Shown: positions 27,281 to 38,170 of the stretch, in pieces
How positions within the stretch are numbered: position 1 is the stretch's first letter
How the letters are laid out: each line of letters opens with the position of its first letter
DNA from: Camelus ferus
Lineage: Eukaryota
Assembly (NCBI RefSeq): GCF_009834535.1
Contig: NC_045697.1
Location: 83,640,001-83,704,000, forward strand
Reading direction: 5' to 3'
Length of the DNA stretch: 64,000 nt
Program-made: the position numbers and the translations under genes
Notes under the pieces: model-generated
Seen by the model: the letters and a program-made list of their open reading frames with translations, nothing else
Database searches by the model: none
What the model was told of the DNA's origin: nothing

Positions 27281-28095
27281 ATGTGACCATCTTGAATCTC
27301 CTCCGCCACTATTTAATAGTAACACCGTGCCCTGATGACCCGCCAGTTTGATCCAGGTGGTGAGTAGTATCTGCATTTGTGCTTGCTGATAGTTCCTGGG
27401 ATTATGGATCTCCATGTGTCTTTGGGACCTGTCAGCTGTGGCAGTCTCCCTTCCTAGCCATGGAAGAGCATATTCTTGTTTATTGGCAAAGCTGTCACCA
27501 TTTAATTGGTATCAGATTCTGACTTGCACAAGTAACATTCTTCACTTTTAAAACCTGGAGGTTGCTGGATTATTGGGCATACATCTAACTGTTGTTCACA
27601 TGTTTCTAGGAACCTGAACTAATTGTTCCTGTGAGAGATGGAAGACATAACAAGGTACGTTCCCTTTTTATTTTTTTCTGTTCATATTTCTTAGCTAACC
27701 TGAAACCCGTAGTGCTAAGGATTTGAAAGGCCAAAATTGGCCCATTTTGTAATTTGAAAGAGTAAATGTCCAACTAAATAGAAGGTAACTGAAATAGCTG
27801 CTAAGATCTCAGCACCGTGAGTTAAGTACACAAAACAGTTTTACAAAGCTGGTTTTTCTTTTGCAGGTATCAAGAAATCCAAAACAGCATGGGTGAAGTC
27901 TTATTTAGCATCCTGCGGTGCACTGCCAAACGATTTTAAATCTCAGCAGCTTGGGGATCAAGTGTGGCGAGTAATGTTCTGGAAACTATTTTCAGTATAG
28001 TCCTGAATATTATTTGTAAGTAATATGGTATTTAAAGTGTAGAATAAATGAGTGCTTCCTTGTCATAACTAAATAAAAAAATGCTTGATTTGTAC
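26973..28095 (+). ncRNA. SNHG8: Small nucleolar RNA host gene 8. Predicted exons 26973-27007, 27320-27359, 27610-27654, 27867-about 28095
   Basis: Pyrimidine start tCTTTT exactly 30 nt after the TATA box. Donors AAG|gtacgc, GTG|gtgagt, AAG|gtacgt; acceptors aatag|, tttctag|, tttgcag|. AATAAA at 28043 and 28072. Hosts SNORA24, and lies between NDST3 and PRSS12. Confidence 0.85.
27410..27540 (+). ncRNA. SNORA24: H/ACA snoRNA SNORA24 (ACA24), 18S rRNA pseudouridylation guide
   Basis: 131 nt CTCCATGTGTCTTTGGGACCTGTCAGC...GCACAAGTAACATTC, recognised as SNORA24. H box AGAGCA at 27465-27470, ACA at 27535-27537 three nt from the end, two hairpins, about 70 nt upstream of the intron 3' splice site. 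Confidence 0.95.
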
Positions 28096-28304
28096 AGATA
28101 ATCAGTGTTCCCTGACTGAATGATTAATAAGTGCAAAGATAGTTAGAAATAGTGGACAGACTACCTTCTGTTCTACTCTGGAAGTAGCATGAATATTGTT
28201 GTAAGGTATTTCAGCATTAGGGGAAAACACTTACACATAAAAACCTTACCCCTAAGGGAGAGAGCACAGTCATTTTATACCACACAGACAATTAAGGGAA
28301 CTAT

Positions 28305-30330
28305 GCAAGGTGAAAAGCTATGCATTTTATTTACACAAATGTTCACTGAACACTAGTATCTTTAAAAGTCACACTTAAATATTTCACAAGAAAAAATTGG
28401 CTATAATGAAGGCATATTTTACGGACCAGTATTCTACTTTAAGGTTGAGCAAACTGCAGGCTGCCTGTTAATTACCTGTCCTTTAAGTTTGCCAATCTTG
28501 GGTCTAGTTAACATTTCAATATGAACATTGCCTATACCAGCACTGTAATTTAATTAGAAGGGTGGCCCATGAGAAAGACTCAATAAAATAAATTTTCTCA
28601 CTTGTATTGCACATTTTTCCCAAGCTCTTGTGCAAGTGTGCACCCCTCAATAAGTCTAGATGCAAATTCTTAAAGTTTATCCTTAATCAGATCCATGAGC
28701 TTTTACAAACATTTTCATGCTATTTTACCTGGCATAGTATTGCAGTTCTGTAACAGGTAACCTATAAAGCACTTTTAGGTTAGCACCAGTTTTTTATAAA
28801 GCTATAAATTTACAAAAAGGACACAATTTGCAGAAAGGAAAGAGGTGAAGTTCCTCCATGGTGGATTAGCCATTTAAGAGGATTGTGTAACCCGTCTTAA
28901 TGTTAGTTTGCACTCACCTCTTCACCTATTTTTACGCATCTATAATTTGGATATACAAAAATTGTTTGAAATTATCTGGGATTTTGGGACGGACATAAGA
29001 TACTAGCAATCATTCTCACCTCTGAGGAGGATTACTCAAGTATCCCAAGGGGCTTATCTTCTATATTTGGGCAGACTGCACTGCTACCAAGAATGGCCCT
29101 GTAGAGGTGCACAATTTCCCTTAGGACAGAACTGTTGTGAGGGAGTTGGGGGAACACCGCTGTCGGCATTGGGGCTCCTTCCTGTTCCGGAGTTTGGATT
29201 CAAAGCCTTCCATCAGCTGCCTCACCTTGACCTCTTAAGCTTTTGCAAACCAGGGGTAGTATAAAATCTTGGCAAATTGTCAATGAGGTACATAGCCACC
29301 CAATGCATTGCCTAGCGCATTATATGAATTAAGTTATTTTAGAGCTTTCCCCACTATCCAGGCAGGTAAAACATTTTTAAAGGTGTATTTTTATTAGATG
29401 GGACTGTACCAGAATAGTCTTGGGAAATCTGCAGGTTGAAGTCAGTTACCCGAAAGTTGCAATAGATGGCACTCTTATATCATAGTCTGGAAAATGGCAG
29501 CTGCTAAGGAAATACTTGCTTTACGAAGCTATAAAATTTGAAGTGATTAAAAGTAATCAGCAAATGATGCTGGCAAATAAGGTGGGTAAGTTAGGCTGTG
29601 TATTTAACAACTTGAAGGCATTATTCTTTTATCTTGTTAACAGAATTTTTCTAAATTTTACCAGCAACATAGAAGGTGGCTAGAATGTTCTCTGTTTGCT
29701 ATAGTGCTTGGTACAAGGGTTTCATTCAGGAATGTTTTGTGACACTGATCCTGTTCTAGTCTAGGTTTATAATGGAATTCCTTTACCTTTTTGGCCCTTG
29801 ATTTCCTCACTTGACAAAGGCTAGAGAAACCCAGTGTGTAGATTTCTTGTCAGCCTCTTGAAAAAAAAACTGAGCTCAAAAATTAAACAGGAAAACAGTC
29901 CCTCTTATTTTGAGTGTAGTAAGAGTATTTTTTTAATCAAATGTGAGCTCTTAATATGAATATATATCGATTCCATTATGAAGGAGTTCTCAATTCACAG
30001 ATGTAAAAACAGCCTTACTGTACAATCAGTATACAATAATGTGTGGGAGATGCTGAGAAAGAGACAGAGACAAGACTCAAATGAGAATAATGGGTTTAGT
30101 CTCCTTTGAAACTAATTTGTGTAGGCAACAATGCTACTTTCAGGGTAATTGGTACTACACTGAGGTATCTGTAACCAAAATGTTCACAAATTCTCAAAAG
30201 CAGCAAAGGGTACATAACTTATCACAACACAGACATGGAGCTCAGTTCCCATTAGTTGGTATCTCTGACTGCTAATGTTGAAAACTCTCCAACAGACTCT
30301 TCAAATATTACTGAGGTTTCCTTGAAGGAT
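28305..30330 (-). other. PRSS12: PRSS12 3' UTR (distal end approximate)
   Basis: Follows the stop codon. Minus-strand AATAAA at 28326-28331 and 29390-29395, ATTAAA at 29932-29937. Confidence 0.6.
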
Positions 30331-30638
30331 TTACAGTTTGGTGACACTTTTTATCCAAGGTACAAAGGCTGACACTTTTGTGTAAACACCAGGGGAGTCC
30401 TTGACTCCACAGCCATACCCCCAGGAGGTCACCCCATACACAACCCAGCTCTCTCCTGAACGTTCACACATGAGTGGTCCTCCGCTGTCTCCCTGGCAGC
30501 TGTCCACGCGTTTGTGTTCATGGAGGTTTCCAGCACAGAGCATCCTTCCTGTGAACCGGCCCTTATAACGGTGTGCGCAAAACCTCTTCGGAAGTAAGGG
30601 GATGGCTGCTTGTTGTAGAGTTCTTGAGTAGGCTCGTC
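30331..30638 (-). CDS. PRSS12: Neurotrypsin exon 13 (protease C-terminus, catalytic Ser)
   Basis: Acceptor at 30639-30640. Reads (G)RAYSRTLQQ...VDSCQGDSGGPL...WGYGCG...PGVYTKVSAFVPWIKSVTKL*; S1 Asp and GDSGG motif intact. Confidence 0.97.
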
Positions 30639-31144
30639 CTATACAGACACAATAAAGTGAATCAGATTCCAGCTGAAGTTGCCTGACACACGTGAGCTGA
30701 ACACTATACTCCTGCTCAGGGATGGTGGGGGGTTGTGAAGGAGAAAACCCAAGTGGGTTGGATTCCTCCACTTAAACCTCAGCAGCTCTGCTTTTGTCTA
30801 TTCATTATTTAGGAATTCTCCATAAGATTTAGTTCGATAAAGAGCTCCATTACCAAAAAACCCAAAGCTCCTTTGTTGGGATAGCTACATCAAAGTCATC
30901 TGGGAAACCTTTTTAAAATGTGACAGCCAGGCTGCTGGTAGGGGTAGGGCCTGAGTTCTAATGGGAACCACAGTACCCTCAGGATACAAATCCAAATTCC
31001 ATGTATGCATCTCACTAGGCAGAATTTCCAAACTAAGCCTAAATCCCTTTAAGATTTTGCTATCCATTGGACACCCAAATATGTGGATAACCCAGGACAC
31101 TGAAAGGTGCCCAGATCTTTGTTCCTTTGTGTTATTTATGTTAC

Positions 31145-31425
31145 CTGTGTCTCCCCATCCTGTTATGTAACAATTGGAGGCTGTTTTCTGTGGCCTCTCT
31201 CTCCAGAGTGGCAAACAGGCCGGCAAAACGTGGCTGCTGAACCTGGCACACTGCTCTTCTGGTCCTTGCAATCTAACCAGGGCGATGTCGTAGTCACTGC
31301 TGTCCGGTCGATACGCCCGGTGAATCACAATCTGCTGAACTCCGATCTCTTCTTCAAACTCCTCTGGCACCAGAGTATGATAATCCCCAACCCGGACAGC
31401 ATAGTTCCTAGTGCTGTTGCCGTAC
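31145..31425 (-). CDS. PRSS12: Neurotrypsin exon 12 (catalytic Asp)
   Basis: ctcag|...|gtaac, 281 nt; YGNSTRNYAVRVGDYHT...DYDIALVRL...CYITGWGDT. Confidence 0.97.
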
Positions 31426-32384
31426 CTGAGGGGCAGAGAGAGCAAACGGGAGGCTTGTTTCAGAGGCTGAAAATCGGTCACTGTCAGCCAGGAAGGTTAA
31501 CAGAGATATTTGGAAGGCTCTCTTCCAAATCATTAACCCCTTTTATAAGTTTAACCTTTCTTTCCATTTCTCTGCTCTCGGCCTCATCCTCTAAACCCAC
31601 TGTCATCTTTTTTTTCCTTCATTTCACTAATCCAGGTTACCTACTGTCTAATTCTTTTCTGAGAAGCAGCAAATGTGGAAAATGAATGAAAAGTAAAGGG
31701 TAATCATTAACCTGTCATTTCCCCACCATGAAAAAGGATCAAAACAGGAACAAATACAGGGCAAAATTATCACCCTGTATTTGCTGTCGTCATTTTTCTG
31801 TCATTTCCAAGGTTGTTAGTTCATCATGAAGTTCCATGAGGGCAGAAACCACGTCTGATCTAACTGTATCCCCCACAAAGCACTTAGCACAATCCACCTG
31901 ACTCCCCTTTCCTGTGAACTGAATGCAAACCAAAACTCTATCTTCAGGGAAACATATATTCCCAATGTGTTTTCATCCCTTAAATCTTCGTTGGGACATC
32001 ACCTCCACGAGCCCTACTTTGACACTCATTTGAAATTGCAACCCACCCTTGTTTATCCTACCATTCCCCAGTATTCCCAATATCCTTAATCTGATCTACT
32101 TTAACTTTTTTTTAAAACACTACTTTCTAACAAACTACCTAACTTACTATTTATTGTATTTCTTGTTCTTAAATACCTAGAATGGTGATGCCAGTTACGC
32201 AGGAATGCAGCACACATTTGTTGATTTAGTGAATGAATGAATGGATGAATGTATATTTTTAATGTATGTGTCTTTTCTCCATGGGAACTATTCAATTAAA
32301 ATAGCAACACAATATTTACTTAACTGAGAGTTCTCAGCCAGTTTTTCAACCAATATACCTTGATTCTGATACATCTGCCTAGAG

Positions 32385-32605
32385 CAGTTTCTCAACCTCA
32401 GCACTACTGACATCAGAAACCAGATTACTCTTGGTGGTAGGGGACTGTCTGGTGCACTGCAGGATGTTTAGAAGCATCCCTGGCCTCTATCCACTAGATG
32501 CCAGTAGCGTGCACACTCGCATACACACACACACACCCCAAACATGTCTCCAGACATTGACAGATGTCCCGTAGGATGCAAATTGTCCCCAGCTGAGAAC
32601 CACCA
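32385..32605. mobile_element. MER20 (hAT-Charlie)
   Basis: cagtttctcaacctcagcactactgacat...catccctggcctctatccactagatgccagtagc...gagaaccacca; 8-bp TSD-like gcctagag / acctagaa. Confidence 0.85.
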
Positions 32606-33299
32606 ACCTAGAATGCATAATGCAGCCCACCTCCTGATCACTTCCTCTTTCTCCCTGAAGAGTACAGCCCCTTGCTAAGGGAGCAAGCCCACTCTACCAC
32701 TACTTAAAACATTCTCAATGACTTAATTCCCAACACTTCTCCCTTTCAGCTCCCTAACTTCCTGAGCTACAGGGAGTGTATTCATTCAGCCCCCCACCTA
32801 GAGCTAATATTCAGCAAATACTACAAATCTATAAAGTCTCAATTTCAAGCATCTCAAACTTGACTGACTACCTCTTATCTTTACAGTTTTCAACTCTACG
32901 GTTCTTCAGCCTCATTGGACTTCAGTCTTTCCACCCCACCAGTTGTTCCATTTCAATCTCACTCTCACACCCTTCTTACCAGGCTTGGAGTCCACAGTCA
33001 CTGTTTTGCAAACACTTAGTCCTTCCTTTTATCTGCCAAAACTCCGACTCTGTTTTCATCAACTCACCACCTACTTTCTGCTAGCATCCGACTGTTGAAA
33101 GGGACAAACATACATGTAACAGCTCTCATCTTAATTTTTTTTTAATCAAAACTTCAGTGTCTTCTACTGGATATAAGGCCTGTACTTGAATGTGAATTTA
33201 GAGAAGTGGTATTCAAAAGCTGAAATTTTCTAGTGACTGCCTAGTCTAAATAAAACCTTTCATTTACTCCTATAATATTACTGGAAGTTGTAAGTTCTA

Positions 33300-33620
33300 A
33301 CAGCCCTATGTGGGGCTCTGGCAACACTGCAACATAAAAAGTGATTTTCTTAACTACACACAGTTTTGAATACTCAGTATGAAAAAAGAATATAAAATAT
33401 ATTTTATAGATAACTAAACAGATAAGAATATCAAATACCTCAATTTCTATATTATATTTTGCAATGATAACATTTTGGATATACTGAGTTAAATATATCA
33501 TTAAAATTAATTTCATCCATTTGGTTTTTTTTATCTTTTAAGGTAGCTACTAGAAAATTTACAGTTAACATACATGATTTGTATTTGTGGCTCACATCAT
33601 ATTTCTACTAGACAGCACTG
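33300..33620. mobile_element. hAT element, MER3/MER33-like
   Basis: attttggatatactgagttaaatatatcattaaaattaatttca...gctactagaaaattt...gtggctcacatcatatttctactagacagcactg. Confidence 0.65.
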
Positions 33621-34671
33621 GCCTAGAGAAATAGTTTGGCATTAGCTGGGCATCCTATTTTATTATGTTTCTTTAATGCAGACTCTTAGATTGCTTATAA
33701 CTAAGCTTGAGTTATGAGACGTTCCCTTTATATGTTAACTTTTTATATCCTTGGAGATATTACATTACTGTTTAGCTAAAAAAAAAAAAGGTTTACTGCA
33801 AAAATATTTTCCATTCTTTGAAAAAGCTGTGACATTTAGCTAAAATAATCCTTGCATCTAAACTGGCTGTATAAATATTTCCTACATTATCTAAATATTG
33901 GGTCTTTAGCCAGTGAACAAAGAAATAGGACGTTACCACAGCAATGAAATTTATTTTCTTAAATATGCCAGTTTTAAAGTCTTGGACAATCTTGCCTTAA
34001 TATGTCACTTCATGCTTGGATTACTGTAACAGTCTGCTCAATGGCCTTGCTTCTTCAAGGTTTAACTTTTTCAAGCCATCCTTAAAGTTTGAACTCCTTA
34101 AATGATATACAAATCCATCGAAGAATGGCCCTTGTCCACCTCTCTGATACCACCCTGGTCTCTGTGCTCCTGTCATTTTATGTCATTTTAGTGGCTTGAA
34201 GAAGTGTCTCACAAACCTGTCCTTATTCAAACTATTGGCAGTATTACCACCCCCTTCCTAATCTGGCAAAAACTGATTTTATTTTTTAAGTCTCTTTGAT
34301 CTCCTGGGAGGCTCTTCCTGCCGTGCCTGAACACTGGCCAGTCCTTCTTTTGGACACTCCCAGTAGCACCGTCATAGCATTTATAAAAGTTTCTAGGACT
34401 TGTTAAGATGTCAGGTCTCCCCACTTAAATGCTCCTCCAGTGTAAGGACTGTGTTGTCCTCACTTTTGTATCCTCAGCACCAAGCAAACTGCTTGGCACA
34501 GAGAAAGCTCCTAAGGAATGTATATTAGATGACTTCTTTTGGAAGACATGTATGTCCACATACATACACTCTCATCCCTAACTTAACTAAAAGACACTTC
34601 CTCACCAAGTTATAACAACACCATCACAAAAGTTTGTATTTAAAAAAAAAAAAAGTCCCCATAGAGATCTA

Positions 34672-34826
34672 ACGTTCTCAACAATGCTGGCTGTTCATCA
34701 GAATCACCTGTACTACTTTTAAGGGTACAAATGTCCAAGCCACACAAACTCTGAGAGTATTAAATTAATAGGGCTGACGTAGGGCCATAGGTGATTCAAA
34801 TTCACAGTCAGGCTTGAGAACCACTG
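34672..34826. mobile_element. MER5-like hAT element
   Basis: ttctcaa...catcagaatcacctg...ggtgattc...cttgagaaccactg. Confidence 0.65.
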
Positions 34827-36658
34827 AACCAAAGACTCAAAGGCACGGGCATAACTCCTGCCCCGTCATGCCTGGAATTTCACAGGGTGAAGTGAGCATC
34901 CTGAGAGACTACAAATAGATTGTAAAAATGCAAACACCATACACATTCCATACATATACTGCATTCTCAGATCAAGCAGATTTCAGCAGTTATTTTTTTA
35001 GTATACCCCCATATTAATATGCCCACCAATCAGAAGTTGATATTAAACTGAGAATAAAAGTAAAATATTTGCCTGACAAGAAAGAAAAATGCACCATTCT
35101 TGTCAAATGAACTTCCTTATTAGTATCTAGACTTTTAAAGTTGTCCGGAGTTAAGGAAATGGACCAGCTAAACCTAAGCAGTGATTCCCACAATCCTTTC
35201 ACTCCAGTTGTTCTCAGACTAGATTTACGCTTGGAATTTGAAGAGCAAGACAGGATGAGTTTGCTAACCAAGTATTTGTCTTCTAGTGTCACCTCTCCTA
35301 GTGGGTGTGATTATTCACTTCAAGGATAAGACTTTGGGTGAGGTTCCCCGTATGGCTGTGGACTTGAAAGCACTTACTAAGGTTCTAGGGTTCTCAGGAA
35401 AACATATCAAGGAATCCTCTTTTTCAATGTATTTTAGGGTCTTTCTAGTTGAGCTTGTGTTGTTTTGATAGCCTTTATTATATTCAAAAATTCTTCTAAA
35501 ACAAACATTTCAGGTTCTGGCTGACATACCATTCAGTTGTTTGCTTTGCTGAAATGCCTTCAACTCCCCCTCAGATAAAAATTGGATGAAATTCCCAGAC
35601 AAGGTTGAGCAAGGAGGATTTGAGACACAGCAGTTAGTAAAATCCACTATCCTAACTTCTCTGAGAGTTTAGAGTTAAAATAAACAACAACAAAACATTT
35701 CTAGAATTAAAAATAGAAGAGTTAATTCAGGTGCAGGGTCATTATCTCTATATGATTTCTCTACATAGATTCATCTCTACAAAAAGACAGTATTTTACAT
35801 CAGCCAGTGCACATCTGCTACAACTAGAATCTGTTTTTCTCTGTTGCCTGGATGAAACTCAAAAAGCAGTTGACTGAAATTGCTTGTGTAAGTGGTTCCA
35901 GTTGCTTAGGGAGCAGTGACCTCTGCAGAACCTTGCACTGTACATTATATATATGTAGTGTGTGTTTGGGAAATGATTTTAGCATGAGTGGTGTCATGAT
36001 GCATAAATCACCGAAGACCATGTTCCGAAGAACTCTACCATCTACCAGGTCATGGTGCAACATATGTAGATTACCTGGCACATTTTGTTCTTAAAAAGTA
36101 AGTCCCATTACCTCTGTGGCTCATCCTTCTAATTATAATGTCTAATAATCTAGATATTTCCAATTTTAAGAGGAACAGTCTCTGACAATTTCCAGCTGCT
36201 CTGGTGTTTCTAGGCTAAAAGTCAAAAAGATAAAATTAGGTAAAACTATATTCTTGACCAAATTTGCAGAAGAATTACAGAAATAAAAGAGTCCTTGTTT
36301 CAGGTACATTATGCCCTCCAAAATGGTGTTTGTTATTAGAATAAGCAATTAAAAGAAATTAGTTTAACATTCAGGAATTTTTCTGTGAATTATATTGCCC
36401 TACCACCATAGAGAGAGGGTCATTTTATGGTACTTGTAGTCATGATTTAGAGTAGAAAATAGCCAAAGTGAGCAATTTATATTGTGCAAGATTTACAGAG
36501 CAACTACAAAAAAAAAAAAAAATTTATCCAAGTTTCCACCTCAAATTGCCAATGAGATATTGTATTCCAAAGTCTGCATTACATTAACACTAAGAAAAAT
36601 GTGAAAAATGAGGGAGAAGGCCTTTAAATGGTGATTCACCAACTACCTCTACCTCTAC

Positions 36659-37380
36659 CATTTCCTGGAGAATATATTCCCACTGTCTTTGACAACTAGT
36701 CTGCCAATGTTATGGTAAATGGAAAGCCAGAGAACCCAGGCTTATGGGACACAGCTGGACAAGAAGACAATGACTGACTGTGTCCCTTCTCCTACCCACA
36801 GATGTTTTCTTAACTTGCTTTTCTCTTCTGGGTCCTACAACATTTGAAAATGGTTATGCAGAGTGGTATCCTGAAGTGTGACACCACTGTCCCAACACTC
36901 CTATCATCCTGGTGGGGATGAAGCCTGAATTTAGGGATGCTAAAAGCACGACTGAGAAACTGAAGGAGAAGAAACTAACCCCATCACCTACCCGCAGGGT
37001 TCAGCCATGGCCAAGGAGATCGGTGCTGTAAAAAAACCTGGAGGGCTCGGCACTCATGCAGCGAGGCCCCAAGACAGTGTTTGATGAAGCTTTCGAGAGG
37101 TTTGCTGCCCACCTCCCGTCAAGAAGAGGAAGAGAAAATGCCTGCTATTGTAAATGTCTGGTCCCCTCTCCTGCCCTGCCCTATCCCCTGGGAACCTCTG
37201 TAGGCTTTGCTCCAACAGTGGAGCCTTTACACTCAATGCCAAGTTTTTGTTACAGATTAGTTTTTCCATAAAACCGTTTTGAACCAATCAGTCATTTTTA
37301 GGTTTTGTTTGTTTAATGTGTAATAGTTCAAACTTTCACATTCTATTAAAGTTTAGCCCTAAAGTTAAAAAAAAAAAAAA
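36659..37380 (+). pseudogene. RAC1: RAC1 processed pseudogene, 5'-truncated, antisense in PRSS12 intron 11
   Basis: Intronless FPGEYIPTVFDN*SANVMV...WDTAGQED...CPPPVKKRKRKCLLL* (RAC1-specific C-terminus, TAA at 37151-37153). Internal stops at 36697 and 36775 plus frameshifts. RAC1-like 3' UTR, ATTAAA at 37345-37350, poly(A) at 37367-37380. Confidence 0.93.
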
Positions 37381-38170
37381 GTTGGCATAAAAGAATGCTT
37401 TGGACACCTCAGAGTATATGAAAGCTATGAACATAGAGCTGGATTCCTAGAACTCCGTGAGCCTTCCAATAAAGTACCCTCATCCTAGAAAGAGAGTACT
37501 CTATAGACGATGACTGTAACAAGACAGTGGGTGTGACCAACTGTGTTCTGATCTCATCCTCCCCAGGCTGTCATACCTACATTATTCTGATAGGATTACA
37601 TAAAAGAGTGACTACTCTACAAAGGGAAAACAAATAAACCTAAAAAATTGTTATCCCACAGACTAAAACAACACAGAGGGTGACAGGAATCTACACCTTA
37701 TTATTCAGAAATGGCTGTTCAGGAGGACTGGTCTGTATCATCGCTGCAAGAATTAGGCACCAAAGCAATCCCGATGAACAAGAAACTATTGTATGCATTG
37801 AAGTCCAGTAGTTAAAGCAGTAGACATACAAATAGAAAGAAAAAGGGAGTGAGAGAGCTAATTTCAAAATATGAAATCTAAATCCCCTACCAGTGGGCCT
37901 TAAGTTAGACTCCCGAGAAATCTAAAAGAAAGGTAACCTCTCAGAACCTGACTTCACTGCTTCTGCACTACAGTGTCTACAGTTCCAGAGGAAATCTATC
38001 TAGTTTTGCAAATTCCAGAGTTTCTGATGATTGATTAAAGGAGGGTTGTTTTAATCTAAAGTCCCTGAACCCAGAAGACAAAATTTGGAGCTTGTTCTAA
38101 TCACTGGTAACTAACTGTCTTTATGGCTTTCAATAAACTTACTGCAATAAAGATGTGAGTTGTAGCCTAC
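37381..38170 (+). mobile_element. Probable ancient LTR relic (LTR78/79-like)
   Basis: tctacaccttattattcagaaatggctgttcaggaggactggtctgt...caataaacttactgcaataaagatgtgagt resembles old ERV LTRs; family uncertain. Confidence 0.3.

Noticed and set aside
30331..31481. ORF-track 146-aa and 198-aa proteins as stand-alone genes
   Set aside because: They are PRSS12 exons 13 and 12 extended into intron sequence; splice sites define the real limits.
31107..31685. 192-aa plus-strand ORF
   Set aside because: Antisense shadow of PRSS12 exon 12; no ATG start, promoter or recognisable domain.
37056..37271. 71-aa ATG ORF in the RAC1 retrocopy as a retrogene
   Set aside because: Only about 12 codons are in the RAC1 frame before a frameshift; the GTPase motifs are absent.
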